DNA of 64,000 bases, from contig JAFGWT010000327.1 in NCBI GenBank assembly GCA_016937015.1, forward strand, positions 4,911 through 68,910, given 5' to 3'. Position 1 is the stretch's first letter; the number at the start of each line of letters is the position of its first letter. Source of the stretch: Deltaproteobacteria bacterium. GTDB taxonomy: Bacteria; Myxococcota_A; Polyangia; JAAYKL01. This document shows, piece after piece, positions 9,976-19,680 of this stretch. Below the pieces are notes generated by a model. It did no database searches and was not told where the DNA came from. It saw only the letters and a list, made by a program, of their open reading frames with translations. The translations under genes and the position numbers were made by a program.

Positions 9976-10144
9976 AATCTCTCCGCTTGATATTCAATGG
10001 ACAATGAAATCGCAATTTATGGCCTATGCGCTCCCCGTCAGTACCCGTGACAACCGGATTCGTGTCATTTCAACCAGAGAAAATTTATAATTTAAATATC
10101 ACTGAAATTAACGTACAGCTGGCTCGCAGCGCATATTTTGTGTT

Positions 10145-11116
10145 ATGAACACTTATAGAATGAGACGCCCACATACCAGTGAGATGCCACCCAGCTTTAA
10201 AGACACCTTCGTAGAACTGCTCAGGCGCGCTTCGACACAATTGCCCCAGGATGTTACAACGGCACTTCGCGAGGGACATGCGGCTGAAATTCAGGGGTCC
10301 CCCGCGTCAAATGCACTGGAAACAATCCTGGAAAACATTAGTCTTTCGCGACGAAACAGCACTCCGCTTTGTCAGGACACCGGCACGAACATCTGGCATG
10401 TGTATCACCCTCGTACAATATGTAAAACTGCAATCGAAGAGATTATCCGCGAGGCCACAGCCGAAGCGTGTCAACGTTCATATCTTCGAGCCAATGCGGT
10501 GGACCCGATAACAAATCTGAACACCGGTAACAACCTGGGACAGCGGTTTCCTGTCATCTCATTTTACGAATGGCGGTCCAGTGCCATTCGCGCCGCTGTA
10601 ATGCTCAAAGGCGGCGGCTGCGAAAACGTGTCATGCCAGTATGCGCTGCCATACGAACCAATTCATGCCGGTAGGGACCTGGAAGGCGTTCGCCGCGTTG
10701 TGCTCGATGGGGTTTTCAACGCTCAGGGACGCGGTTGCGCTCCCGGTATTATTGGTGTGGGTGTCGGTGGTGATCGCATTACAGGGATGATTGAAGCCAA
10801 GCACCAGCTGTGGCGCGAACTGGGAGACGAAAACGAAAATCCGCTCCTCAGCAAACTCGAGAAGCGACTATATTCCGAGTGCAATCAATTGGGTATCGGC
10901 CCCATGGGCTACGGCGGAAAAACCACAGTGCTGGGCGTAAAAGTTGGGGCTATTCACCGAGTGCCGGCATCTTATTTTGTGTCCATATCATATATGTGCT
11001 GGGCATCCCGCCGTGCCTGTGTGACGATTGCGCCGTCCGGTAAATTAACCTATCACAAACGGGTGCCCCGCTACTTTGGCTGCAACACACCCAACTGCAA
11101 AGGCCCATCCCATTGA
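10145..11116 (+). CDS. Class I Fe-S fumarate hydratase/tartrate dehydratase, alpha (N-terminal) subunit
   Basis: PLCQDTG, LKGGGCEN, GCAPGIIGVGVGG, LGIGPMGYGGKTT, CWASRR. Confidence 0.92.
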   Translation: MNTYRMRRPHTSEMPPSFKDTFVELLRRASTQLPQDVTTALREGHAAEIQGSPASNALETILENISLSRRNSTPLCQDTGTNIWHVYHPRTICKTAIEEIIREATAEACQRSYLRANAVDPITNLNTGNNLGQRFPVISFYEWRSSAIRAAVMLKGGGCENVSCQYALPYEPIHAGRDLEGVRRVVLDGVFNAQGRGCAPGIIGVGVGGDRITGMIEAKHQLWRELGDENENPLLSKLEKRLYSECNQLGIGPMGYGGKTTVLGVKVGAIHRVPASYFVSISYMCWASRRACVTIAPSGKLTYHKRVPRYFGCNTPNCKGPSH

Positions 11117-11694
11117 AAACAATCCAGCTGCCAATCAACGGCAACGATATTCAAAAGTTACGCGTCGGCGATGAAGTCCAAATATCCGGACACATGGTAA
11201 CCGCGCGGGATATGGCGCACCGTTATATGACGGACCAGTGGCCAGACTGGCTCGTCCCACTGCTGCGGGACGGCGCAATTTATCATTGTGGCCCGGTAGT
11301 AAGTCAAAACAACGGCGTATACGCCGCCCTCTCCGCGGGGCCGACCACATCCATCCGGGAAGAACCCTACGCGCACCGGGTGATTGCGCGCTACGGTCCT
11401 CGTCTGTTAATCGGTAAGGGCGGAATGGGAGATAAAACGCTTGAAGCCATGCGGCAACACGGCGCTGTGTACATTCATGCCACAGGCGGTGCGGCCAGTG
11501 TTATCGCCAAATCCATTGTGCATATTCACGCCGTTCACATGCTGGCAGAGTTTGGTGCACCAGAAGCATTCTGGGAGTTGGAGGTAGAGAATTTTACTGG
11601 CGTTGTCACCATGGACGCCCATGGCGGCAGTTTGCATCGGACGGTCCGCGAGGCGTCTCAAAAACAGCTATTCGCCCTGCTGGGCGACACTTAA
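11113..11694 (+). CDS. Class I fumarate hydratase/tartrate dehydratase, beta (C-terminal) subunit
   Basis: LRVGDEVQISG, TARDMAH, IYHCGPV, AGPTTSIRE, IGKGGM; 4-nt overlap with the alpha gene. Confidence 0.92.
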   Translation: MKTIQLPINGNDIQKLRVGDEVQISGHMVTARDMAHRYMTDQWPDWLVPLLRDGAIYHCGPVVSQNNGVYAALSAGPTTSIREEPYAHRVIARYGPRLLIGKGGMGDKTLEAMRQHGAVYIHATGGAASVIAKSIVHIHAVHMLAEFGAPEAFWELEVENFTGVVTMDAHGGSLHRTVREASQKQLFALLGDT

Positions 11695-11711
11695 ACACAG
11701 GACAAACCGCC

Positions 11712-12038
11712 ATGACCACAGATACCAAAACCAAACCAGAGGCGAACACGCACATAACTTCACGTGATTTGAACTGCAACGAATCCGCCACCTGCCAGGT
11801 GCTCACCTACGATGGTCATCGCGCCGCGCAGCGTCCGCGTGTCGTGATATTTGACGATATTGAGTATCAGGTGAGAGAATGCGAATCCCTGTTTATCTCC
11901 ACAGGAGAGGCTGCATCGGCGCCCGTCAGGCGTGGTTTTGTTGTGCGCTGTGAAGGCGGACGACAGTTCAGACTTACTCTGACGGAAGGCGTGGGATGGC
12001 TAATCGAATCCCAACCAGGACTGTTTGTAACGCCGTGA
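11712..12038 (+). CDS. Small hypothetical cytoplasmic protein
   Basis: Follows the fumarase genes with an AGGA RBS; beta-strand-rich pattern YDGHRAAQRP...FVVRCEGGRQFRL...W. Confidence 0.6.
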   Translation: MTTDTKTKPEANTHITSRDLNCNESATCQVLTYDGHRAAQRPRVVIFDDIEYQVRECESLFISTGEAASAPVRRGFVVRCEGGRQFRLTLTEGVGWLIESQPGLFVTP

Positions 12039-12054
12039 TCCGTGTAAAAACGGA

Positions 12055-12459
12055 TTAATTTTCGAGGGACTCAAATATGCCTTCCAACGACACTGGTTTG
12101 ATATGGTAGTGCTGAATGAGGCCGGATTGAATATGTGCTGTGAAAAGTGCCGGATCGCTTGCTGAAATCATCACTCGATTCATCATTGGATAATTGATAG
12201 CCACCTGCCCCAGTAACCAGATGCCGTTGTAAACAGGCATATCGAAGTCCGTAATAATGGCCTCGAAATCGCCAGTTGCCAGCCGAACCGCAGCATCCTC
12301 AGCATCAATGGCGGTTTCGACAACATAGTGTTTGGTCAGTTGCCGTCTGAGTGCCCGCAGCAGCGTTCCGTCGTCGTCAACAACCAGCACTCGCTTCCTG
12401 GCGCTTCGGCGGGAAACGCCAGTTTCGATCATTCCGGAATGCAAAACCTGAATTGCCAT
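12055..12459 (-). CDS. Single-domain response regulator (receiver)
   Basis: VLVVDDD, IITDFDMP, ISAS, IKP; start placed at ATG 12459 after a GGGGGGA RBS. Confidence 0.88.
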   Translation of the reverse strand: MAIQVLHSGMIETGVSRRSARKRVLVVDDDGTLLRALRRQLTKHYVVETAIDAEDAAVRLATGDFEAIITDFDMPVYNGIWLLGQVAINYPMMNRVMISASDPALFTAHIQSGLIQHYHIKPVSLEGIFESLEN

Positions 12460-12613
12460 GATTCCCCCCAAAAAGTAAAATTTGGACAAATGATACTGCA
12501 CCCATGTATAGCATGAACCAGTGTCCAGTCAAAAAAAATTTCAATCCGTAATTATCAGGCGGCGAAACAACAGGCATGACACCCCGTATCTTCATGAAGG
12601 GATGAAAGAAAAG

Positions 12614-13051
12614 CTATCTCATCATTAGGCCAATCAGCATGGTTCGAAGAGATTCGTTCACCAGCGGTTTATGCAGAAAAACATGAATAAGGCCCGCTTT
12701 TATGTGAGGTGCAAAGCGCTCATGCAACCCAGCGCTGGCCAGTACTCGAATGGTCTGGGGAGAAACATTTTTTATTTGTTCCAGCAGCCATAGTCCGTTG
12801 TGCCCGGGCATATCACAGTCTGTAATGATCACGGAGTACGTACGCTGGTTCACCAGCTGAAGTGCTTCATCAGAATCGGTGGCAATATCGACATCCCAGT
12901 TCTGTCTCAACACGCGTACCATTCCACGCAGGGATACCCGGGAATCATCCACGAGCAAAATTGAAAACCGCTCACTGATATCAACCGCATCTGCGGTCTC
13001 AACTGCTGCAGCCGGACTGGATTCGCCAAGTGATGATTGCTGTCTGCCCAT
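12614..13051 (-). CDS. Single-domain response regulator (receiver)
   Basis: ILLVDDS, IITDCDMPG, LASA, HKP; GAGAGG RBS. Confidence 0.88.
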   Translation of the reverse strand: MGRQQSSLGESSPAAAVETADAVDISERFSILLVDDSRVSLRGMVRVLRQNWDVDIATDSDEALQLVNQRTYSVIITDCDMPGHNGLWLLEQIKNVSPQTIRVLASAGLHERFAPHIKAGLIHVFLHKPLVNESLRTMLIGLMMR

Positions 13052-13136
13052 GATTACCTCTCGTTATATATAATTAAATCCGATTTTTCACACGTAAGTC
13101 AAAAAAAATACCATATTTTCCATGTTTAATTTTGAC

Positions 13137-13163
13137 TCAAGAAATGCCGCCGTTTGCCGACAA
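13137..13163 (+). promoter_or_regulatory. Putative sigma-28 (FliA-type) promoter
   Basis: TCAA(13137)-N15-GCCGACAA(13156) versus consensus TAAA-N15-GCCGATAA, about 100 nt upstream of the YjfB-like gene. Confidence 0.55.
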
Positions 13164-13262
13164 ACAGTATGAAGGTGCGTGGTCATGCCAGCATCGGCTT
13201 GAGACTGCGCATGTTTGAAACTGCGCATGAATGACGCGAAACGAATTTAAGGGAGAATTGCC

Positions 13263-13451
13263 GTGGATCGCATCAGTCCAGAACTAACAGGCGCCGCAAT
13301 GGATGTGGCTGTAATGAAAAAACAAAAAGAAATGATAGAACAGCAGGGACAGGCTGCCCTTGAACTGATTCAGTCGGCAGAAGCGCCGCAACAGGCGGCA
13401 CGGGTCGCATCTCCCCCCGGTTTGGGTAGCCTGATTGACGTCTATATTTGA
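13263..13451 (+). CDS. YjfB-family small (putative motility) protein
   Basis: MDVAVMKKQKEMIEQQGQAALELIQSA...GLGSLIDVYI fits the YjfB pattern; GGGAG RBS. Confidence 0.8.
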   Translation: MDRISPELTGAAMDVAVMKKQKEMIEQQGQAALELIQSAEAPQQAARVASPPGLGSLIDVYI

Positions 13452-13663
13452 TCGCTAAAATAAACCAACCGAAAACCCCTTTGCAAAAAAACGTATTGCG
13501 TCCAATACTGTTAAACGATTTTCAAACGAGTTCTCTAAAAGCAGAGGTGGGCCAGTTGACCAGAATGACGCACCATTTTCCAGTTCCCAATCTTGCCCAC
13601 AGCGGAACCAGATGTATTTGCCGGCAGCTTCTTGAGAAGCTACTTTTTTAACAGGCGGGTCAG

Positions 13664-14758
13664 ATGTATAAAAAAATATTCTCGAGCAGCATTCACAGCG
13701 CAGCCGACAGTATCCATCGATTTAAAAAAAAGCTGGGGACAGCGCCGGGCACCGTCGAATACACTGGCAAACAGCCTCATGTCGCAACGCGCATTCATAT
13801 CGCAGACTATGACGAATCCGGTGTTGTTCAATGGTCCGGTGGACCTGGCGAACCTCTGCCAACCCAGACTCATCAGAAGCGATGGATACAAATCAGCGGT
13901 CTCAGTGATACCGCATTTATCAATCGCATTGGTGACGAATACAAAATTCCGTCAATGGTGCTTGAAGACATCGTAAATCCGGCCCAGGGAGCAAAAATTG
14001 AAAACTGCGACGGTTTTGTATTCGTGGTCCTCAAAGCCCCGTTGATTTGCGAACGCACACAGGAGCTGCATTTTGAGCATCTCAGCATTCTGCTGTTTGA
14101 TAACCGCGTCATTTCATTTCAGGAATCGGATACATTCCACTTTGAAAAGCTTTATGACCGCCTCCATAATCCATCCGCTCGTATGCGCAGGCATGGCAGT
14201 GACTATTTCGTTTACGCCATGATTGATTTAGTCGTTGACACGTATACGTTCCTTCACGACCTGTTTAACGAAAAGATGGATACTTTGGAAGACGCTGTGA
14301 TGGAATCCACAAACCGGAACCATGTAAACGAAATACATGCGCTGAAGCGTTATATTGCGGCCACCCGAAAAGCAATCAGACCTTTGCGGGCAATCGGTGA
14401 AATGCTGGCGTCAGGAGATCTGCCACATGTTTCCGAGGACATCGAAATCTACATCAGAGACCTTCGGGACCATATCAATGGGTTACTCGAGGCTGTGGAA
14501 AGCAATCGGGAAGCTGCGACCATGTTGATGGAAAGTTATCTCTCCCTAATGAGTCACCGAATGAATGAAGTGATGAAGGTGCTTACAATGATGAGTGCCA
14601 TCTTCATCCCCCTTGGATTTATCGCGGGGCTGTACGGAATGAACTTTGACCATATGCCGGAACTGCATTTTAAATATGGATATTACATGGTGCTCACCGG
14701 AATGCTGACTCTGGTTTCCGCTATGCTGATTTTCTTTAAATTTAAGAAATGGATTTAG
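13664..14758 (+). CDS. corA: Magnesium/cobalt transporter CorA
   Basis: KKLGTAPGT N-terminus, MNEVMKVLT, GLYGMNF..MPEL, two C-terminal TM helices, FKFKKWI. Confidence 0.95.
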   Translation: MYKKIFSSSIHSAADSIHRFKKKLGTAPGTVEYTGKQPHVATRIHIADYDESGVVQWSGGPGEPLPTQTHQKRWIQISGLSDTAFINRIGDEYKIPSMVLEDIVNPAQGAKIENCDGFVFVVLKAPLICERTQELHFEHLSILLFDNRVISFQESDTFHFEKLYDRLHNPSARMRRHGSDYFVYAMIDLVVDTYTFLHDLFNEKMDTLEDAVMESTNRNHVNEIHALKRYIAATRKAIRPLRAIGEMLASGDLPHVSEDIEIYIRDLRDHINGLLEAVESNREAATMLMESYLSLMSHRMNEVMKVLTMMSAIFIPLGFIAGLYGMNFDHMPELHFKYGYYMVLTGMLTLVSAMLIFFKFKKWI

Positions 14759-14781
14759 AGGGAATAAGATGGAATGCGTTT

Positions 14782-17700
14782 CTACTCGCGTTCCCGGTCT
14801 CGCAAACGACGAGGAATAACGACTGGTCGCTTCTCTCTGTTAGGCAGCACGAAACGACGATAAATCCCGATGGATGAACTGTTTTTACCAACCGCGGTGC
14901 CCACGCTGGTTTTGTCAGTCAAATCAATCTCTACCTGAAGTTCAAGGTCATTTTCGTTTTTGGCTGGATTGGCATTCACAACAGTATACACGGTCGACCT
15001 GTCGGTGACCCGTTTTCCGGCTTTCAACGCGGTGCTCCCCTGCTCTGTGGTTTCCACCCGCAACTGACTTATGCCGAAGCGATTGTAGAGCAGATTATGA
15101 ATACCTGGATACTGCACGGCCAGCAGGTTGGTAATCGCGCCGGTTGATGTTTCAGCATCTTCCTCTGTGCTGCCGGATACGAGTAATGTCAGAATCTGTT
15201 CCTCTGTGAGGGCTGGTGAAGAAGAGAGTGTCAATCTGGGATGAAGCAGATTGCCAGAGACATTCAGGTATACGGTATACGACGAAATGTTGCTGGAGGA
15301 CTCAAGCTGCAGGAATGCGCCGTTTCCAGGGGCATCTGCAATTGTCAACTCACCGCGTTCAATGGCAAACGAATTCTGAAACAGATTAAACGTGCCGCCG
15401 GCAGCATCGATACTTCCCTCAACCTGACTCACGCCGTCGTTTCGGGCCAGTATAAGATTAGCCTTCCAGGCAGTATTCAAATCACGCCCCTTAACAAGAA
15501 TCGGCGATTCGCTTTTCAAGTGAATTCGATAATTGCTCAGGTCTTCAACCGTCTCATTTTCGTCGAAACTGTTTCTTACTGTCACATTTGAATTAGTGGG
15601 CACAAACCGAGCAGCATTGCGTTCTTCTGCAGGTTTGGTTAACAAGGTATTTTTCATCGTTACATCCAAATCAAATCGATCACGATCTAACCGGAATGTC
15701 GCATCACTTTTCAAGTCAACTATAAAACGGGGCAAACCGGCAAGCGAAACAGGAAACCTGGACATTTTCAGTCGCCCACGCCCTTCCAACCCCTGTGAAT
15801 TGAATTGCGCATTCCCAACCAAACTGCCGCTTCCTCTGGCACTGCGAAATTTAAACCAGGGAATAGCGATTTTTTTTCCTTTTAAACGAAATTCGCCATT
15901 CACACCATGAATCCGATTAGCCAGACCGGTAATTGAAAATTGACCGTCCTGCAATTTTAAACGTCCGACCATAATTGGCGCACCAAGCGTGCCCGTCACA
16001 TCAACCTTTGCAACGGCTTTTCCGCCAAATCGCGACATTGCTGGGATGGACAGTAATTCCAGAAGCTGCAGTTCGATGGCATTGATCTGCAGACGCGCCG
16101 AGACCGGGATGTTTGACCAAACTTGTCTACCTGTCATCAGATTCGATGGAGAGGCTACGGTCTCCATAAAAAAAGCAGATTGTTCCTGACCGCGCTGGAC
16201 AACCGATAATTTCAGCTCTTGTGTATGATGATTGGCAACCAATTGTCCATCAAGAAACACTGGCATCATTCCGGCGGCACCAATGCTTCCTCCAATTTTT
16301 GATGTCACCTTGAATTTTTCCGCGTTGCCGGAAATACGCCCGTCTGTTCCCAGCGTGATATCAAAAATATCCGAAATACCTAAAAGATGCCGGAACGGAT
16401 AAAAATTCACAGGTGGAATTTTCCAGTAAAGAAAGTGTTCCCGGTTGGATTGCCAGACAATGTCACGGGTCTTCACATCAATACGCAATGGAATTTTTGC
16501 ATTCAGATGAAAATCCTTGCCATATGGATGTTCCCCTGACAAATCCATCTTAAGAGTTTCATTTCCGTACTGACCAGTCAGTCGAAGGTGACGCATTGTC
16601 CAGTCGCCAATCACTGCATCAGTGGCAGTTATTTCAGTTGTTCCAGAAAACACACCGTTACTCAGTACCAATCCACCTCTCGCAGAAAGCACGCCATCAA
16701 GGCCTTCAAGCATGACCATGGGTCTAAGTAAAACCGGCGAAAAGTTGCGAATCTGATACTTGACCTTTATGTTTTGCATGTCAGTAACGAATGCCGTTAC
16801 GCTGGTGGCAGCGTCCCCCCAATTCAGTAATGCCTGCCATTGATGCGGTTCGAATTTCGTTTTGGAAATCGTGCCAATATTCAATGTGCCGGACAATTCC
16901 AATTTAGCCGGTACACCGTTGGGCATTAGCCATTCCGCATTAAGCGCCTGCGATTTTTGCCGGACATCAAAATTCAAATGGGCCGGGAAACGAATAAGCG
17001 CGCCATCCCCAAGCCATCCGCCCAATTGCCCCGAACCAGATATTTCATGTCCGTCACATAAGAGCGCCGCGGTTAAAGAGGCATCAAACCTCAGCAGACC
17101 CAAGTCAATATGCCAGTGCGGAAACTGATCAGGTGACAAGTGTTCCACAACCAGATCAAGGTGCCATCCTGAGTCACTAACGGGATGAATATTCTGTGTT
17201 AAGGGGTCATAACTAAACTTAATATCTCCATCAATGTGTCCATCCAAATTCTCCATATTCAAATACGCACCAATAGTGGCCAGAGAGAAACGATGCGCCG
17301 TTGCATGCATGTGAATAATCGAATCGTCCAGTTTCGCCTGCAAACCCAATTTTGAATCACCGATGGAAGCTGTCACATCAACTCCGCCGCCTGCATATTT
17401 ACTGTTGAGTATACCATCCATATTCAGCGTGGACGCCACATCAATCGCAACAGGATTACCCTGTCGATCAACAGTCTCGATATGCAGTGTCTGTGAGTCT
17501 GATCGAATTTCGTGGGCAAGCTGTATTTCCATGTCGCCAATGGAAGAATGAGATATGTTCCCCTTCAATTCACCCAGCATTTCCAATTGGGATCCGGAAA
17601 CGTTCAATTCGCCGCTACCATCGAGAAAAATTTTCAGTCCATGGGGTAACTGGCCAAATTTTTCCACCCAAACATGGTCGAGGCGAGAGAACGTCCATTT

Positions 17701-19680
17701 CGCGCTGGCGGGGCGATTCCTTAAAATTCGATAATCTCCATTTTTTAAATTAAGACGAATCGGAATTGTACCTGTCACGCTAATTGCACGTGCGCCTTTT
17801 CCAGCGCCATCCACATTGAGTAACAGATGTTTGTTTTTCAACTCCCCCTGAACTGACAATGTCGAAAATGAAATATCGCGAAAAATAAGATCCGTTGCGT
17901 TTAATGTTAATTGGATGGATGGATTTTGCAAAGTCCCCGATACGGTCATGGATCCTTCCAGCGTCCCCGTTATCGGTTCAGAAAAATACGGATTAAACTG
18001 TTTCATCTCAACGTTGCTGATTGCCACTTTTCCATTTAACAGGTCTTGTTTCCGTTCAAACTGTTCAATCAAAACGCCGGCACCGTTAATCTGAAGGTCG
18101 ATTGGTGACATGGAACGAACAGCATTACTGGTGACCAGCAGCCGAAATGGTGCCATGGTTTTAAGTTGCAAATCGGACAGGGAGCTGTTGATATGATCGA
18201 TATTAACGGTGATGTCCTCCCCTATGGAAACCCGAACATCAGCGGAGGCGGCGCCAACTTTTCCCTGTAACACTCGAAACGAGAGTTGCGCTTCTGTCCC
18301 ATCATACGTTCCCCCCGCTCTTACCTGCCGAAATGATTTGTTGCCCGCCCGAAAATCATCCAGCGTTACTGTTCCATCCAATGCGGTAATGTTTTTCCCA
18401 AATGCTGCGTTCAGTTCAGCCTCGGCAGCTAGTGCAGACAATTTATCGTATGCCCCATCTCGCAATTTTAGTGACGCATTGCACGTTGACTCAATATCCA
18501 AATAACATTCCCCATTTGCCGAAAGCGTTTCCACATGCCCCGTTATTCCAAAGTGGCCTGCGACATTGGGAGAAATTTTTCCGTTTGCTGCATACCGCAC
18601 TTTGCCATGCCCATGCAGATCACCGTTGTATGATCCGGACAAAAGCATATCGTCCTGTTCCAGATAAACATTGGCATTAATGACGTTGCTTTTCAGTTTT
18701 GCATCGAACTTAAAACCCGTTTTACCAAATGGTTGCATCTCACAATCCTGGCAGCTGAACTCAGACAAAATCACTGGTTGACCAGCACTGTCGAATTCCA
18801 CCGATAAAGCCCCGCCGCCCTTGATTCGTCCATCCAGTATGACTGGCCAGTGGGACTTGCCCAGCATTTTTTTAAGTGACGGCACCACCACTTCGTACCG
18901 AATTCCGGATTTCATTCCTTTGCTAAGAGCGGCAGTCAGAATCAGTCGAATTTTGCCCCAGTCAGCCCTGACCTCAAGTGCGGTATTTAACTGATCGTTC
19001 TCCAACTCAATGCGATGTGCATCATCAATATGAAAATAAAAATTCTGTTGTCGCCAAATACCGCGACCTTTTAATCGCTGAACATTAATTGTGAGTTTTC
19101 GGTGCCATTCGATAGCGCAGGAGAGAGTATCCAAACCAATCTTCGCTGGTGCCCCATTGGTTAAAACCAAACTGAGATTCATGTTTTCAAGCTGAATATT
19201 GGGAGCGTCTAATATAACAGGCAATGCAGGAATCAACAGGTTCGTCTCTGTTCGGGAAGTACGCTCCCGGGCGATGAGCAAATCAGCCAAAGCAAACGGC
19301 TGCTCACGAGATGACGCGGACACGTCAACGTGACTGATTCTGAATGTTTCTATAGTGATTTTCTTTTGGAACAGGTGGAGTGGCAAAATCCTGAGATGCA
19401 GTTCTCCAATTCGCAACACTTCTTCATCCGTTGATGTTCTGCCCGTGATGTGTTTGAGTGTCAGCCCATCGGCGAATGTGCCATTGAGTTCACCTATCGA
19501 AATTTCGCCTGAAATTCGGGAATTGTACCATTCCGTAAAACGACCAGCCACCAACTTTGCCCCTGTGGCACTGTAAAAAGCAAACAACCACAGACTTACT
19601 GCAGCCAATAACAAAACGACTAATGACCCGCCCAGCCATATATGGCGGGACAGAATGCCTTTTTTTGCAGACAATCGCAC
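14782..19680 (-). CDS. tamB: Translocation/assembly module TamB-like protein
   Basis: 1632 aa, N-terminal TM anchor, beta-taco repeats (VTGTLGAP), C-terminal LTLSSSPALTEEQILTLLVSG; adjacent to an Omp85 gene. Confidence 0.85.
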   Translation of the reverse strand: MRLSAKKGILSRHIWLGGSLVVLLLAAVSLWLFAFYSATGAKLVAGRFTEWYNSRISGEISIGELNGTFADGLTLKHITGRTSTDEEVLRIGELHLRILPLHLFQKKITIETFRISHVDVSASSREQPFALADLLIARERTSRTETNLLIPALPVILDAPNIQLENMNLSLVLTNGAPAKIGLDTLSCAIEWHRKLTINVQRLKGRGIWRQQNFYFHIDDAHRIELENDQLNTALEVRADWGKIRLILTAALSKGMKSGIRYEVVVPSLKKMLGKSHWPVILDGRIKGGGALSVEFDSAGQPVILSEFSCQDCEMQPFGKTGFKFDAKLKSNVINANVYLEQDDMLLSGSYNGDLHGHGKVRYAANGKISPNVAGHFGITGHVETLSANGECYLDIESTCNASLKLRDGAYDKLSALAAEAELNAAFGKNITALDGTVTLDDFRAGNKSFRQVRAGGTYDGTEAQLSFRVLQGKVGAASADVRVSIGEDITVNIDHINSSLSDLQLKTMAPFRLLVTSNAVRSMSPIDLQINGAGVLIEQFERKQDLLNGKVAISNVEMKQFNPYFSEPITGTLEGSMTVSGTLQNPSIQLTLNATDLIFRDISFSTLSVQGELKNKHLLLNVDGAGKGARAISVTGTIPIRLNLKNGDYRILRNRPASAKWTFSRLDHVWVEKFGQLPHGLKIFLDGSGELNVSGSQLEMLGELKGNISHSSIGDMEIQLAHEIRSDSQTLHIETVDRQGNPVAIDVASTLNMDGILNSKYAGGGVDVTASIGDSKLGLQAKLDDSIIHMHATAHRFSLATIGAYLNMENLDGHIDGDIKFSYDPLTQNIHPVSDSGWHLDLVVEHLSPDQFPHWHIDLGLLRFDASLTAALLCDGHEISGSGQLGGWLGDGALIRFPAHLNFDVRQKSQALNAEWLMPNGVPAKLELSGTLNIGTISKTKFEPHQWQALLNWGDAATSVTAFVTDMQNIKVKYQIRNFSPVLLRPMVMLEGLDGVLSARGGLVLSNGVFSGTTEITATDAVIGDWTMRHLRLTGQYGNETLKMDLSGEHPYGKDFHLNAKIPLRIDVKTRDIVWQSNREHFLYWKIPPVNFYPFRHLLGISDIFDITLGTDGRISGNAEKFKVTSKIGGSIGAAGMMPVFLDGQLVANHHTQELKLSVVQRGQEQSAFFMETVASPSNLMTGRQVWSNIPVSARLQINAIELQLLELLSIPAMSRFGGKAVAKVDVTGTLGAPIMVGRLKLQDGQFSITGLANRIHGVNGEFRLKGKKIAIPWFKFRSARGSGSLVGNAQFNSQGLEGRGRLKMSRFPVSLAGLPRFIVDLKSDATFRLDRDRFDLDVTMKNTLLTKPAEERNAARFVPTNSNVTVRNSFDENETVEDLSNYRIHLKSESPILVKGRDLNTAWKANLILARNDGVSQVEGSIDAAGGTFNLFQNSFAIERGELTIADAPGNGAFLQLESSSNISSYTVYLNVSGNLLHPRLTLSSSPALTEEQILTLLVSGSTEEDAETSTGAITNLLAVQYPGIHNLLYNRFGISQLRVETTEQGSTALKAGKRVTDRSTVYTVVNANPAKNENDLELQVEIDLTDKTSVGTAVGKNSSSIGIYRRFVLPNREKRPVVIPRRLRDRERE

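Noticed and set aside
9225-10090. Long alternative ORFs (SESESE..., IRIRIR...)
   Set aside because: Shadow frames of the Asp-Ser repeat, which lacks stop codons in several frames.
10145-11694. Split fumarase as a frameshifted pseudogene
   Set aside because: Two-subunit class I fumarases/tartrate dehydratases are well known; both halves are complete and translationally coupled.
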